Shown here in pieces: positions 1-9,674 of a DNA stretch of 64,000 nucleotides; within the stretch, counting starts at the first letter, position 1, and each line of letters begins with the position of its first letter. This DNA is from a virus (taxonomy: Duplodnaviria; Caudoviricetes), in IMG/VR virus record IMGVR_UViG_3300048854_000081, positions 192,001-256,000 of that record; one strand, 5' to 3'. The notes beneath the pieces were generated by a model. That model saw only the letters and a program-made list of their open reading frames with translations, had not been told where the DNA came from and made no database searches. The position numbers were made by a program, and so were the translations under genes.

Positions 1-299
1 AAGTTGTTAAGGAATTGATTCGTGCCGGTTTCCGTCCAGACGTTTCGTCTCGTGGTGCTGGTAACGTAAACAATGAGGGTATCGTTGAAGGATTTATGAT
101 TCAGACCATCGATATCGTAAGTCAGGCTTCAGGTATTGGTTGTGAGCCAGTTCCGGTTTATGAACATCTTGAAGATACCCGTCAGGGTATTCGTACTCTA
201 ACATTGGCAGAAGCTACATTGGCCGACGTTAATGCACAAAAGTACTTTGTCAAGGAAGTCAAGAAGTTCTTGGATGAAATCTCAAAGTTTAATAAGTAA
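1..299 (+). CDS. Prohead protease (T4 gp21-like), C-terminal fragment truncated by window start
   Basis: DVSSRGAG catalytic-Ser motif followed by TIDIVSQAS, typical of gp21. Confidence 0.8.
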   Translation, partial: VVKELIRAGFRPDVSSRGAGNVNNEGIVEGFMIQTIDIVSQASGIGCEPVPVYEHLEDTRQGIRTLTLAEATLADVNAQKYFVKEVKKFLDEISKFNK

Positions 300-320
300 G
301 TATTAATGTACTGATTTGCC

Positions 321-350
321 GAAAAAGACCACATTAATGTGGTCTTTTTC
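321..350 (+). terminator. Intrinsic terminator
   Basis: gaaaaagaccac-attaat-gtggtctttttc inverted repeat with T-tract. Confidence 0.75.
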
Positions 351-391
351 ATTTGTGAAATAAATATTCCATTGGGATATAAAGGACATAT

Positions 392-3300
392 ATGAATTTT
401 AACATTCACGGCTATCCGTACAGGGTAGGAGATATAGCATGGATGTTGAACGATAATTTGGAATACCGAAGCGGAGTCTGCTCGGCCAACACAGGATTTG
501 TGTCTGGTGAATACACTTACAGATTTCTCATGGACGATACTGGCTTAGAAGAAGCGTTCACACAATCACATTTATATTCATTACTTAGCTATGCTGAAGC
601 GGCTAAAAATCGTCTAGTCACACCCACTCCAACCATTTCTCCTACCCCAACAGTCCCAGTCACCCGAACCCCTGTTGCATCACCAACACCTACAGTTACA
701 GTTTCTTTAAGTTATTATAAGCGTGCTAATCTATTGGCTACGGACGCTGTTCAGTGGCAAGCGACTAAAGGTAATGTTACTTTACTCAACGATAACTCAA
801 TTAAGTTGGTATCTTCCAGTCAATATAAAACCGATACAGTAACCTTTCAGGCTAGCATTGCCGTCATTCCTAATATTGTCTACAATCTTGGTTTTAATTA
901 TAATCAAGGAACTGGTCGTTACATATGCATTAACATATCAGGATCATCAGGTGACCTATTATTTTCTTTATCTGAAGACGATGATTCCATTGTAAATGGA
1001 AATTACAATGATAGCGGTAGAATATCGTCATCATTCAATACCGGCCAGTCAAACTACATAACTCTATCCTTTACCTTATGCTCGGGTCCAGATTTCCAGT
1101 ATCCAGCACCAAAGGATTATTTTTATACAATAGAGTCGATGGAGTTATCACATAATAATATTGCATTAACTCCAACTGGAACTATTGGTCTTACACCAAC
1201 GCCAACAAATACGAGAACCGTAACTCCTACAAATACGAAAACACCATCGTTGACGGCGAGTCCAACCGTGACAAAAACGCCGGGTACCACATTAAGTCCA
1301 ACCATTACCATCAGTCCGAGCCATGTGATCCCGTCGCCGACACCAACGTCTACACTTACAGTAACCCCTACCCATACATCAACACCGTCTGTAACGGCTT
1401 CCCACAGCGTTTCACTGACACCATCTGTAACAGGAACACCTTCCTTAACTGTGTCGCCAACAGTGACTACTTCAGTATCGGCAACGTCTGGAACTACAGC
1501 TACACCTACGCCAACAGTTTCGGCAACCATTTCATTAACACCATCATTAACTGGAACGCCGGGTGCCACAGGTTCTCCTACGGTAACACCAACTATTACA
1601 AGTTCTCCTACAGTAACTATCACTCCATCTAACACCGCTACACCAGAGGTGACACCAACAGCTACATCCGGAGCCACGATAACTCCTACAATAACACCGT
1701 CAGCTACAGTTACAATAACACCAACAAGTACTGGAACGCCGGGAGTAACAGCTACACCAAATTCGACCATATCTCCATCACCAACTATTACGACCACATC
1801 AGGGGTCACATCGACACCGACACCAACAGTATCATCTACAATATCGATAACGGCATCCCTAACGGGAACACCATCGGCTACAGTATCACCTACTGTAACG
1901 TCTACTATTACAGGTACACCATCAGTTACGGTCACTCCTACAGTAACTTCATCCACATCTGTGACACCTTCGGTAACTCAAACACCACCAGTTACAGAAA
2001 CATCAAGTGTAACTACCACGCCAACCCCTACACCATCGTTAACCTTATCCGAAACTATTACTCCAAGTCCTACACCAACTGTTACAACTACGGTTACTAA
2101 TACTGTTACCCCAACGTTGACTGGAACTCCGGCCAATACGGCAACCCCAAGTCCTACAGCAGCGGTAAGCGGTACCTCGGCTGTTACGATAACTCCAACA
2201 ATATCGAGCACTCCATCCTTAACCGGTACACCAGCAGTAACCCAATCGCTTACAATTACTCCATCATTAACGGGTACGCCTGCAAATACTGGTACACCAT
2301 TAGCGACAGTAACCCCAACTGTTACGGCATCGATATCTTTAACGCCTACATTAACTCCAACCTTACCAGCCAGTGGAACACCGGCTGTCACTGTTACTCC
2401 GTCATTAACGGGTACACCTTCGGTTACAGCTACAATATCGACATCGATAACCCCATCCATAACTCAATCACTTACGATATCTCCAAGTCTGACCGGTACT
2501 CCGGTAGTAAGCATTACACCATCCGTTACTGCCGCAACATCGGCAGCACTAGGTGTCACACCAACACCGTCTCCAACGATTACCGTAACTCCATCCATTA
2601 CGATTACTCCAACTCATACACCAACAAAAACCATTACGGTAACACCATCCGTAACTAAATCGATTTCCATTACGCCATCTGTAACCAAAACGGTAACAAT
2701 TACCCCAACCATTTCTCCAACCATATCTACTTCTCCAACGCCAACCCCATCGGTAGGTTCCAAGCTATTCCAGATAGGTTCGGCATCATCCGGTACATAC
2801 ACGGATTATATTACGGGATCGACTGCGCCAGTAAACACGCAAACTGTAGGTAGTGGATTTGTGGTGGTTGTCACAACGGCATCAAGTTTCACACCAGTTA
2901 TCACGGATACGTTTGGAAATACCTATACGAATATTTTCCAAGGAGTTCAGCTATCGACCACAGTTACAGCGCAAACTCGTTTCTATCACATGTTCTATTG
3001 TGCTAAGGGTACGGGTGGTACGAACCATGTGATCACGGCTACCTATGATAGTGACTATCCATCTGTATACTTTACAGAAATCGTTACAGGCGGTAACGGA
3101 AATGGTATTGCATTGGATACTTACACGACAAATCCTACCGGTACGTCGCCATACACTGGTACAAGCATCACAACATCGGCTGTAAATGAGATCATCTTGT
3201 CTTTTGTGGCGCTTAACTCATTCTCCACAACAGTCACCATGACGCCGGGTGTTGGATATACTAAGATTAATGAACAAAAGACCTTGGGATACGTGGTAGG

Positions 3301-3409
3301 TGCTACAGCCTATCAATATGCTAATACAATAGGCTCTTACGGAGCATCTTGGACGGCATCGGCTTCTGTCGATACTTCCATAGCCATAGTAGCTTTCAAA
3401 GCTGCCTAA
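392..3409 (+). CDS. Large Thr/Pro/Ser-rich (mucin-like) protein, probably virion-surface; beta-rich N- and C-terminal domains
   Basis: 1005-aa ORF with about 530 aa of TPTVT/TPSLTGTP repeats; ATAAATA late-type promoter upstream. Confidence 0.75.
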   Translation: MNFNIHGYPYRVGDIAWMLNDNLEYRSGVCSANTGFVSGEYTYRFLMDDTGLEEAFTQSHLYSLLSYAEAAKNRLVTPTPTISPTPTVPVTRTPVASPTPTVTVSLSYYKRANLLATDAVQWQATKGNVTLLNDNSIKLVSSSQYKTDTVTFQASIAVIPNIVYNLGFNYNQGTGRYICINISGSSGDLLFSLSEDDDSIVNGNYNDSGRISSSFNTGQSNYITLSFTLCSGPDFQYPAPKDYFYTIESMELSHNNIALTPTGTIGLTPTPTNTRTVTPTNTKTPSLTASPTVTKTPGTTLSPTITISPSHVIPSPTPTSTLTVTPTHTSTPSVTASHSVSLTPSVTGTPSLTVSPTVTTSVSATSGTTATPTPTVSATISLTPSLTGTPGATGSPTVTPTITSSPTVTITPSNTATPEVTPTATSGATITPTITPSATVTITPTSTGTPGVTATPNSTISPSPTITTTSGVTSTPTPTVSSTISITASLTGTPSATVSPTVTSTITGTPSVTVTPTVTSSTSVTPSVTQTPPVTETSSVTTTPTPTPSLTLSETITPSPTPTVTTTVTNTVTPTLTGTPANTATPSPTAAVSGTSAVTITPTISSTPSLTGTPAVTQSLTITPSLTGTPANTGTPLATVTPTVTASISLTPTLTPTLPASGTPAVTVTPSLTGTPSVTATISTSITPSITQSLTISPSLTGTPVVSITPSVTAATSAALGVTPTPSPTITVTPSITITPTHTPTKTITVTPSVTKSISITPSVTKTVTITPTISPTISTSPTPTPSVGSKLFQIGSASSGTYTDYITGSTAPVNTQTVGSGFVVVVTTASSFTPVITDTFGNTYTNIFQGVQLSTTVTAQTRFYHMFYCAKGTGGTNHVITATYDSDYPSVYFTEIVTGGNGNGIALDTYTTNPTGTSPYTGTSITTSAVNEIILSFVALNSFSTTVTMTPGVGYTKINEQKTLGYVVGATAYQYANTIGSYGASWTASASVDTSIAIVAFKAA
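1165..2750 (+). repeat. Low-complexity (T/S)P(T/S)xT coding repeats
   Basis: Protein-level repeats with diverged synonymous codons. Confidence 0.85.
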
Positions 3410-3411
3410 CG

Positions 3412-3440
3412 AAAAACCCCGCTTTCGCGGGGTTCTTTTT
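3412..3440. terminator. Bidirectional intrinsic terminator
   Basis: aaaaaccccgc-tttc-gcggggttcttttt between convergent genes. Confidence 0.85.
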
Positions 3441-3771
3441 AATCAATATCAAAATCTTCAGTAGGTTCTCTGTCAATTGGTTGGTCTGCTGACCTTTGTC
3501 TGGCTTGGCCGAGATTTCTACGTTCCTCGGAACCACCATTAGCAGCCATGGAAAGAGCTTGGCTACCTTTATCAGTGATGTCCATGGACAATTCATCTAC
3601 CAAACCCAAGCCAATCAATGATTCAATGGCATCTTGTGCTGCTGTGGAAGCTGATTCATAATCAAATCTACCTTCTGAAACCTTCCTTAGAAGGCCAATC
3701 TGTAATGCAGATAGCTGTTTGAAAGCCAAGTCCGCACCTATATCTTCATTTATAATATTCTGAATTTTCAT
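3439..3771 (-). CDS. Hypothetical protein with internal-head-protein-like N-terminus (MKIQNIINE)
   Basis: ATG is the reverse complement of cat at 3769-3771 and TAA of tta at 3439-3441, so the gene is on the - strand although the ORF track labels it +; ATAAATA upstream on - strand. Confidence 0.75.
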   Translation of the reverse strand: MKIQNIINEDIGADLAFKQLSALQIGLLRKVSEGRFDYESASTAAQDAIESLIGLGLVDELSMDITDKGSQALSMAANGGSEERRNLGQARQRSADQPIDREPTEDFDID

Positions 3772-3900
3772 CCATAACTCCGTTTGTTCAAATATTTATT
3801 TTGGAATCATAGATTTTAATAGTTTTGAAGTCAAGGGTTTTGAAAGTTGTACCCAAGACTTTTCTATGATAAACTCGCGATGTTAAGATAAAGAATTGAA

Positions 3901-4458
3901 ATGCAAAATTACTGGTTTTCCTCCGATCAACATTACTTCCATAAGAATATCCTTAAGTTCACCGATAGACCCTACGAAAACGTAGAAGATATGAACGAGG
4001 CTTTCATTGAGTGGAACAACGCCAATGTGGGCGAAAAGGATGTTGTCTGGAATCTAGGTGATTTCAGCTTCGGTGACATTGAACAAACAAAGTCTGTCCT
4101 AAGACGCCTCAAAGGTCAACAGAACCTAATCCTAGGTAACCATTGTCACAATCTATTCAATCATAGGAATGAGTTACTAAACGAAAAACTCTTTATGTCA
4201 ATTCAACATTATAGAGAATTACGTTTTGATAAGACGCGTCTTGTTCTATCACATTACCCAATGCGTTCGTGGAGTGGTTCCAATAGAGGATCGATCCAAC
4301 TGTTCGGCCATGTTCACGGTCACCTAGCTCCTTATGGTAAGTCCGTAGATGTGGGCGTGGATAGCGAATGGATCACGGGATCATATGCTGGTAGAGCATT
4401 TCATCTAGATGAAATTCTAGACTACATGAAAGATAGGCAGATTGAAAATGATTACTGA
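3901..4458 (+). CDS. Calcineurin-like metallophosphoesterase
   Basis: SDQHYFH, LGDF, GNH, SHYP, FGHVH motifs. Confidence 0.9.
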   Translation: MQNYWFSSDQHYFHKNILKFTDRPYENVEDMNEAFIEWNNANVGEKDVVWNLGDFSFGDIEQTKSVLRRLKGQQNLILGNHCHNLFNHRNELLNEKLFMSIQHYRELRFDKTRLVLSHYPMRSWSGSNRGSIQLFGHVHGHLAPYGKSVDVGVDSEWITGSYAGRAFHLDEILDYMKDRQIENDY

Positions 4459-4882
4459 TGTAGTTTATCTAGAGAAGCCTAAACGGGCTTGTGGTAGTAC
4501 CAGTTACTTAATGCAAATGGTAGCTGAAAACCCAAATGTAGATTTTTATGTTATATCTATAACGAAGTCTGTGACTGAAAATATAACCAGATCATATCGA
4601 CATTTAAAAAATATTAATGTAGTTCATCATAATAGAGTACAAGGTTTTGCCAATAAACTGATTGGCCTTAGGGAATATATTCTCATATTTCTCGATTGGA
4701 ACATGAAGAATGAGGAACATCGTCAGACTGTCGAGTTATATGCGGCACATGCACGAGCGCTAAATTTTGGGATTATTGTAGAGGATACGAGTAAAATGAA
4801 GGCAGACGTAGGCTTAGTTTATAGTCCGTATATTCCTCTTATGAAAGTTAAAAGTTATACAAAACATTGGGATATAATATGA
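4448..4882 (+). CDS. Hypothetical protein with degenerate P-loop-like start and capsid-like C-terminal motif
   Basis: KPKRACGSTS; DVGLVYSPYIPLM. Confidence 0.6.
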   Translation: MITDVVYLEKPKRACGSTSYLMQMVAENPNVDFYVISITKSVTENITRSYRHLKNINVVHHNRVQGFANKLIGLREYILIFLDWNMKNEEHRQTVELYAAHARALNFGIIVEDTSKMKADVGLVYSPYIPLMKVKSYTKHWDII

Positions 4883-5430
4883 CATGTGTAGTAGGTTTGA
4901 AGCATAACGGTAAGGTTTCCATTGGAGCAGATTCCCTTGGTTCCAATACACTTATGCAGAAAACGGTTAGATTAGATGAGAAAGTGTTCAAGAATGGTGA
5001 AATGCTATTCGGATTTACTAACTCATTTAGAATGGGACAAATTTTACGATACTCATTCATCCTACCAGATAGAATAGAAGGATTGAGCGATATGGAATAC
5101 TTGGTAGCCCATTTCGTTCCATCATTGATAGAATGTTATGAAGTTAATGGCTTCCTGAAGAAAGGCGAAGGTCTTGAATATTCAGGTGGACAATTCTTAT
5201 TAGGATATCGTGGTAATCTTTATAATATCGATGAAGATTTCCAAGTGGGCATTCCAGCAATCGATTATGATGCTTTGGGTTGCGGTGGTGACATTGCTCT
5301 AGGGTCGCTCCACACGACCGGTAAGCTAGACAAAACAATAACTCCGGCCAAGAGAATTACCCTAGCATTGGAAGCTTCCACAGAACATTCGGCTGGTGTT
5401 GCACCACCATTTAACATATTGACAATTTAA
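4879..5430 (+). CDS. HslV/proteasome-beta-like Ntn protease
   Basis: MTCVVG N-terminal Thr, GADS, ALGCGGDIALGSL. Confidence 0.8.
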   Translation: MTCVVGLKHNGKVSIGADSLGSNTLMQKTVRLDEKVFKNGEMLFGFTNSFRMGQILRYSFILPDRIEGLSDMEYLVAHFVPSLIECYEVNGFLKKGEGLEYSGGQFLLGYRGNLYNIDEDFQVGIPAIDYDALGCGGDIALGSLHTTGKLDKTITPAKRITLALEASTEHSAGVAPPFNILTI

Positions 5431-5438
5431 GGATTGAA

Positions 5439-5981
5439 ATGAGCAATTTGAATGACATATTCCTTGTAGAAGGAAAGCAGATTAAGAGAGCTTATGAAGC
5501 TCCTGAAAAGGTAAGAGTACCATCAGGTGGATTAAGCATCTTCCTCGCTGGCTCTATTGAAATGGGTAAAGCCATTGACTGGCAAACCAAGATCACGGAA
5601 GACCTGATCGAAAAATTTTCTAACATCTATATCGTGAACCCACGTCGTAAAGATTGGGATTCATCATGGAAGCAGGAAATTGAAAATAAGCAGTTCAATG
5701 AACAGGTTACGTGGGAATTAAGCAACATTGAAAATAGTTCAATAGTCATGTACTATTTCGACAAAGAGACCCAATCACCAATCACCTTGGCCGAGTTGGG
5801 TATTGCTGCTGGTAAGTTTCCAGAAAAGGCCGTAGTGATTTGCCCTAAGGGTTACTTCCGTAAAGGTAACGTTGACATCATTTGTGACCGTTATGGAATT
5901 GCTCAGGTAGACACCCTTGAAGAACTTCCAGATTTCCTAGCTAAGAAATATCCACTTAAAAATAATAAAGGAACAAAATAA
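5439..5981 (+). CDS. Nucleoside 2-deoxyribosyltransferase-like protein
   Basis: IFLAGSIEMG..DWQ, NPRR, QVTWE, SPITLAELG. Confidence 0.85.
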   Translation: MSNLNDIFLVEGKQIKRAYEAPEKVRVPSGGLSIFLAGSIEMGKAIDWQTKITEDLIEKFSNIYIVNPRRKDWDSSWKQEIENKQFNEQVTWELSNIENSSIVMYYFDKETQSPITLAELGIAAGKFPEKAVVICPKGYFRKGNVDIICDRYGIAQVDTLEELPDFLAKKYPLKNNKGTK

Positions 5982-6139
5982 TGCCGCTACATACGTACCA
6001 CTGTGAAAAGTGTGAAAAAGACGAAGATCGTCTAGTAAAATTTTCAGATGCCGATGCGCAGACTTGTGCATGTGGTGAACCATTGAAGATCGTGCCGCAG
6101 TATTCTGGAAATTTCCAGTTGAAAGGTAGATTTCATTGA
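5981..6139 (+). CDS. FmdB-like zinc-ribbon protein (52 aa, absent from ORF track)
   Basis: MPLHTYHCEKC...CACG...FQLKG; start overlaps upstream stop. Confidence 0.8.
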   Translation: MPLHTYHCEKCEKDEDRLVKFSDADAQTCACGEPLKIVPQYSGNFQLKGRFH

Positions 6140-6519
6140 GTAAGAAAGTATTTGCATTTGATGTGGATGAAACTCTAACCATATCAAATGGACCTGTCGA
6201 TGTCAGCAACGTGAAGGCACTTTATGATGCCGGTCACGTTGTTGGTATTTGTGGTAACTGGTCACACTTCGTAAGAAGCGTTCCTGATTGGAACCGTATG
6301 GTTTCTTTCGTAGGGCAGTTCTATCATCACATGTCCAAGGCAGACTTCCTACGATATTTAAAAGATGCTATAGTTGCTGATGAATATGTCTTGATTGGCA
6401 ATGATCCAGCCCATTTTGGGAACTCAAATGATATTCAGGCGGCTCAAGAAGCTGGTTGGACCTTCGTAAGAGAAGATAACTTTAGACTAGAAGATTGGCT
6501 ATGCTCTCTGAAGAATTAA
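6136..6519 (+). CDS. HAD-superfamily hydrolase
   Basis: AFDVDETL motif I; IGND...DIQAAQEAG. Confidence 0.8.
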   Translation: MSKKVFAFDVDETLTISNGPVDVSNVKALYDAGHVVGICGNWSHFVRSVPDWNRMVSFVGQFYHHMSKADFLRYLKDAIVADEYVLIGNDPAHFGNSNDIQAAQEAGWTFVREDNFRLEDWLCSLKN

Positions 6520-6698
6520 TTGTAAATGCTATTATCGATTTAGAATCGGATGTCAATCCTGATGATGAATTCTCGGGATTGGATGAATATAACCAAGGCC
6601 AGCTATCGGCTTACTATTATGTCATTGGAAGAACTCTGACAAAAGCCGAGAAGCTTAAGGTTAAACAAGAATTTAAACGCAAAGGTTTAGGAACATGA
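6501..6698 (+). CDS. Hypothetical protein
   Basis: Overlapping ORF within operon. Confidence 0.55.
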   Translation: MLSEELIVNAIIDLESDVNPDDEFSGLDEYNQGQLSAYYYVIGRTLTKAEKLKVKQEFKRKGLGT

Positions 6699-7147
6699 AA
6701 TTTAGAACAAGAAAGTTGGTCAAGCACTGCGACCTAAATCCAGCAGGAACCTTGTTCGGTGGTCGAGCATTGGAATGGATTGACGAAGAGGCAGCTATCT
6801 ATTCTCTTTGCCAATTAAAATTTCCAACTCACCTCGTAACTAAGGCAATGTCCAAAATCGATTTCAAGGCACCAGCGCGTCTAGGTGACATTGTAGAAAT
6901 TGGAATGGATACGGTCGCGGTTGGTACCACGTCGATCACTGTGGCTTGTACGTTGCGAAACAAACGGACTACAGAGATTATTCTCCGCGTCGATAAGATC
7001 GTGTTTGTAAATCTTGGACCAGATGGCAAGCCATCCCCACACGATGTTGAATGGGTTCAGCCATACGATAATGCAGTCTATTACACAGATGGCTTTGGAA
7101 ATTCAATAGTATCTCGTAACGGTCTTCAGGATTTTTTGGTAGAATAA
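6695..7147 (+). CDS. Acyl-CoA thioesterase (hotdog fold)
   Basis: DLNPAGTLFGG..L.WIDE motif. Confidence 0.9.
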   Translation: MKFRTRKLVKHCDLNPAGTLFGGRALEWIDEEAAIYSLCQLKFPTHLVTKAMSKIDFKAPARLGDIVEIGMDTVAVGTTSITVACTLRNKRTTEIILRVDKIVFVNLGPDGKPSPHDVEWVQPYDNAVYYTDGFGNSIVSRNGLQDFLVE

Positions 7148-7148
7148 T

Positions 7149-7736
7149 ATGTTATATGATAAGTTAATTTGGATTGATCTTGAAACCACCGGTTTAGATC
7201 AAGATGATGGAATGCGTGGTTGTATCGATCATGATATTTTAGAGATTGGGCTTCACATTACCGACCTTGATTTCAATATTTTGGATGAAGGACTACAAAT
7301 TCCAATCTACCACATCATGGATGATATTAAATCGAAGATGAATGCATTCGTATTAGACATGCACACCAAAAACGGGCTGCTTGAAGATGTAAGTAGAGCC
7401 GTCTGCAACTTAAGTGCTGCTGATCTAGTGGTCACGAACTATCTTGCATCGTTTGATATCGTACCGGGTACAGTTCCCATTTGTGGAAACAATGTAGGTT
7501 TTGATAAAAATTTCATTGCTGCACAAATGCCCCTTCTTACCAAGATGCTTCATTACAGAAAGATCGATGTCAGTTCTTTTAAAGAAGTCGCACGTAACAT
7601 CGTTCCTGAAGCATTCTTTCTAGCTGAACGTTTGAAAGAAAAGGATGCTAGTCATCGTGCTCTGGACGACATTAAAATGTCAATTAAGGAAATGGTCATC
7701 TATCGTGACCACATGTTAAATTATAGGAAACTTTAA
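7149..7736 (+). CDS. orn: Oligoribonuclease (DEDDh)
   Basis: IWIDLETTGL, MHTKNGL, CGNNVGFD, HYRKIDVSS, HRALDDI. Confidence 0.92.
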   Translation: MLYDKLIWIDLETTGLDQDDGMRGCIDHDILEIGLHITDLDFNILDEGLQIPIYHIMDDIKSKMNAFVLDMHTKNGLLEDVSRAVCNLSAADLVVTNYLASFDIVPGTVPICGNNVGFDKNFIAAQMPLLTKMLHYRKIDVSSFKEVARNIVPEAFFLAERLKEKDASHRALDDIKMSIKEMVIYRDHMLNYRKL

Positions 7737-8269
7737 TGGATGCATACAGTGGGATCGGATCGCGTGAAACTCCATCCGATGTCATGGGAATGATGACCAA
7801 GATTGCCAGACAACTACAAGATTTGTTAATCTTGCGATCAGGTCATGCTCCGGGTGCGGATACTGCATTTGAACAGGGCATAACGAATGGAAATATGGAA
7901 ATTTATATTCCGTGGAAAGGATTTGGTGGAAGCACTTCTAATCTTTATGAATCTCTTCCGCTTGCATATGAAATTGCATCCCAGTATCATCCTACATGGA
8001 AGACTCTACGCGATCCTGTAAAACGACTTATGTCCAGAAACGTACATCAAGTACTTGGACCAAACCTCGACAGTCCTGCTAAGTTTGTGTTATGCTGGAC
8101 ACCGGATGGTGCAGAGAGTCATAAAACCCGTTCCCAAAAGACTGGTGGTACTGGTCAGGCTATTTCAATAGCTTCGGAGAATAATGTACCAGTAATTAAC
8201 ATGAAGAATTTCTTCTGGAAGGATCGTCTTCTGGAAATCGTTTCGGAACTAAGAGAAGAATATGAATAA
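7736..8269 (+). CDS. SLOG/DprA-like nucleotide-binding protein
   Basis: YSGIGSRETP, LRSGHAPGAD, GGTGQAI. Confidence 0.8.
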   Translation: MDAYSGIGSRETPSDVMGMMTKIARQLQDLLILRSGHAPGADTAFEQGITNGNMEIYIPWKGFGGSTSNLYESLPLAYEIASQYHPTWKTLRDPVKRLMSRNVHQVLGPNLDSPAKFVLCWTPDGAESHKTRSQKTGGTGQAISIASENNVPVINMKNFFWKDRLLEIVSELREEYE

Positions 8270-8645
8270 ATGGTTTGAAGCTGTAACTGATGCTTTTAAT
8301 AAAACTGCAATGTCACGTATTGGTGGTACATTGATCGATATCGTAAACATTGGACGCTTGGCTGATCCTGTACAGTGGACACCATCGGATGTCCTCGCCA
8401 AGCTTGGTGAAGAGGCTGGTGAGCTATCCAGAGCCGTTCAGATCAAGCGCGGTAAGCTTCCATCCAAGACTCAACCGGATGGAGAAGAGTTCCGTGAGTG
8501 TGCTGATGTCATCAACTGTGCTATCGATGCTGTATCACAGGTTAACCGTGATTTGACACCAGAGGAAATTATTGCTAGATTGCAATTAGCAATGATCGAA
8601 AAGAATGCTAAATGGAAGGGTATCCTTCTTAAGGAACGAGTATGA
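8262..8645 (+). CDS. MazG-like NTP pyrophosphohydrolase
   Basis: KLGEEAGEL...ECADV. Confidence 0.8.
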   Translation: MNKWFEAVTDAFNKTAMSRIGGTLIDIVNIGRLADPVQWTPSDVLAKLGEEAGELSRAVQIKRGKLPSKTQPDGEEFRECADVINCAIDAVSQVNRDLTPEEIIARLQLAMIEKNAKWKGILLKERV

Positions 8646-8947
8646 ACACTACATTAGATTTCAGTAAGTTAAACATTGGTCAGCTTCCTGCCGGTCCATT
8701 TGCCGAATTTTATAGAAAATTCCAAGCATTGGCGGACGAGTATTTCGCTGATGTTGATGTGCAAGGATTGACCAAGTATGTCCTTGAACGCAGAGGCACA
8801 TCATACCTACATAGTTCTGCTTTCACTGACGCCACAGGCACAAGATATACCCTAGAGGTTAAAATGTCTAAGGATACGTTTGCTGAATTTTTGTCTGAAC
8901 TGGCGAAGTCAGAGAAAGACGGTATCCCATTCACACCTCTATCATAA
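8642..8947 (+). CDS. Hypothetical protein
   Basis: Coupled ORF. Confidence 0.6.
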   Translation: MNTTLDFSKLNIGQLPAGPFAEFYRKFQALADEYFADVDVQGLTKYVLERRGTSYLHSSAFTDATGTRYTLEVKMSKDTFAEFLSELAKSEKDGIPFTPLS

Positions 8948-8961
8948 TCGAGGAATTTATC

Positions 8962-9396
8962 ATGTCGGAAGAAATAGTCCGAAGATCAAAGCAGATCATC
9001 GTTATACGTAAAGATTTAAAGATGCGTAGAGGTAAGGAAGTTGCTCAAGGATCGCATGCCAGTATGGGTGCTCTTCTTAATAAGATGAGCAGATGCATCC
9101 ATGTAGTACCGAAGTCAGAAGAATATGGTGTCGCAAGGTGCTTGAATTTCATGAGCACTTCTGCTATGTTCGACTGGATCGAGAATTCATTTACCAAAAT
9201 CTGTGTGTACGTGAACTCTGAACAAGAGTTGGTCGATTTACATTTTGCAGCGGTGCAAGCATCGCTTCCTAACTGTTTGATCACGGATAGTGGTGCTACC
9301 GAATTCCATGGTGTTCCAACTAAGACGGCTCTAGCCATAGGACCAGCTTGGGATGATGAGCTTAAACCGTTAACCGGTCATCTACCTCTACTGTAA
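8962..9396 (+). CDS. Peptidyl-tRNA hydrolase, Pth2 family
   Basis: KQIIVIRKDLKMRRGK..AQGSHA; DSGATEF; TALAIGP; TGHLPLL. Confidence 0.93.
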   Translation: MSEEIVRRSKQIIVIRKDLKMRRGKEVAQGSHASMGALLNKMSRCIHVVPKSEEYGVARCLNFMSTSAMFDWIENSFTKICVYVNSEQELVDLHFAAVQASLPNCLITDSGATEFHGVPTKTALAIGPAWDDELKPLTGHLPLL

Positions 9397-9442
9397 AAAT
9401 AACAATTTTTCTGCGACTACACTAAATAGATTTACAAGGTAC

Positions 9443-9470
9443 TTGACAGGAAGTCTTTTCATGTTAAAGT
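9443..9470 (+). promoter_or_regulatory. Sigma70-type promoter of tRNA cluster 1 leader (late-type CTAAATA also at 9422-9428)
   Basis: TTGACA-16nt-TAAAGT with extended TG. Confidence 0.65.
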
Positions 9471-9508
9471 ACACCCACTAATCAACCCGAAGAACGAACC
9501 GAAATATC

Positions 9509-9607
9509 ATGAACATTTTTAATATTCACAACTATGATCATAATATCGACTATAAATTTAGTCGCGGTGCTTCTTTGACTGTGGAAATGGACAAGACTTG
9601 TATATAA
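9509..9607 (+). CDS. Putative attenuator leader peptide MNIFNIHNYDHNIDYKFSRGASLTVEMDKTCI
   Basis: 33-codon uORF between promoter and terminator; codons 2-17 match the tRNA set of the downstream cluster; weak SD. Confidence 0.7.
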   Translation: MNIFNIHNYDHNIDYKFSRGASLTVEMDKTCI

Positions 9608-9641
9608 GTTAACTCCAAGGAAACAAAGAAAAGAAGCCCGC
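9564..9641 (+). promoter_or_regulatory. Putative antiterminator
   Basis: GCGG-T-GCTTCTTT (9564-9576) is complementary to AAAGAAGC-CCGC (9630-9641), the 5' arm of the terminator. Confidence 0.7.
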
Positions 9642-9660
9642 CAAGAAAGCGGGCTTTTTT
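9631..9660 (+). terminator. Intrinsic terminator (attenuator) directly upstream of the first tRNA
   Basis: aagcccgc-caagaaa-gcgggctt followed by T-tract. Confidence 0.9.
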
Positions 9661-9674
9661 ATTGCAACAAATTT

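Noticed and set aside
1165-2750. CRISPR or tandem DNA repeat
   Set aside because: Repetition is at protein level; no fixed repeat-spacer units seen anywhere in the window.
1123-2802. Val/Gly-rich antisense ORFs
   Set aside because: Shadows of the Thr/Pro codon repeats on the + strand.
3439-3771. + strand label in the supplied ORF track
   Set aside because: The listed protein translates only from the reverse complement, so it is annotated on the - strand.
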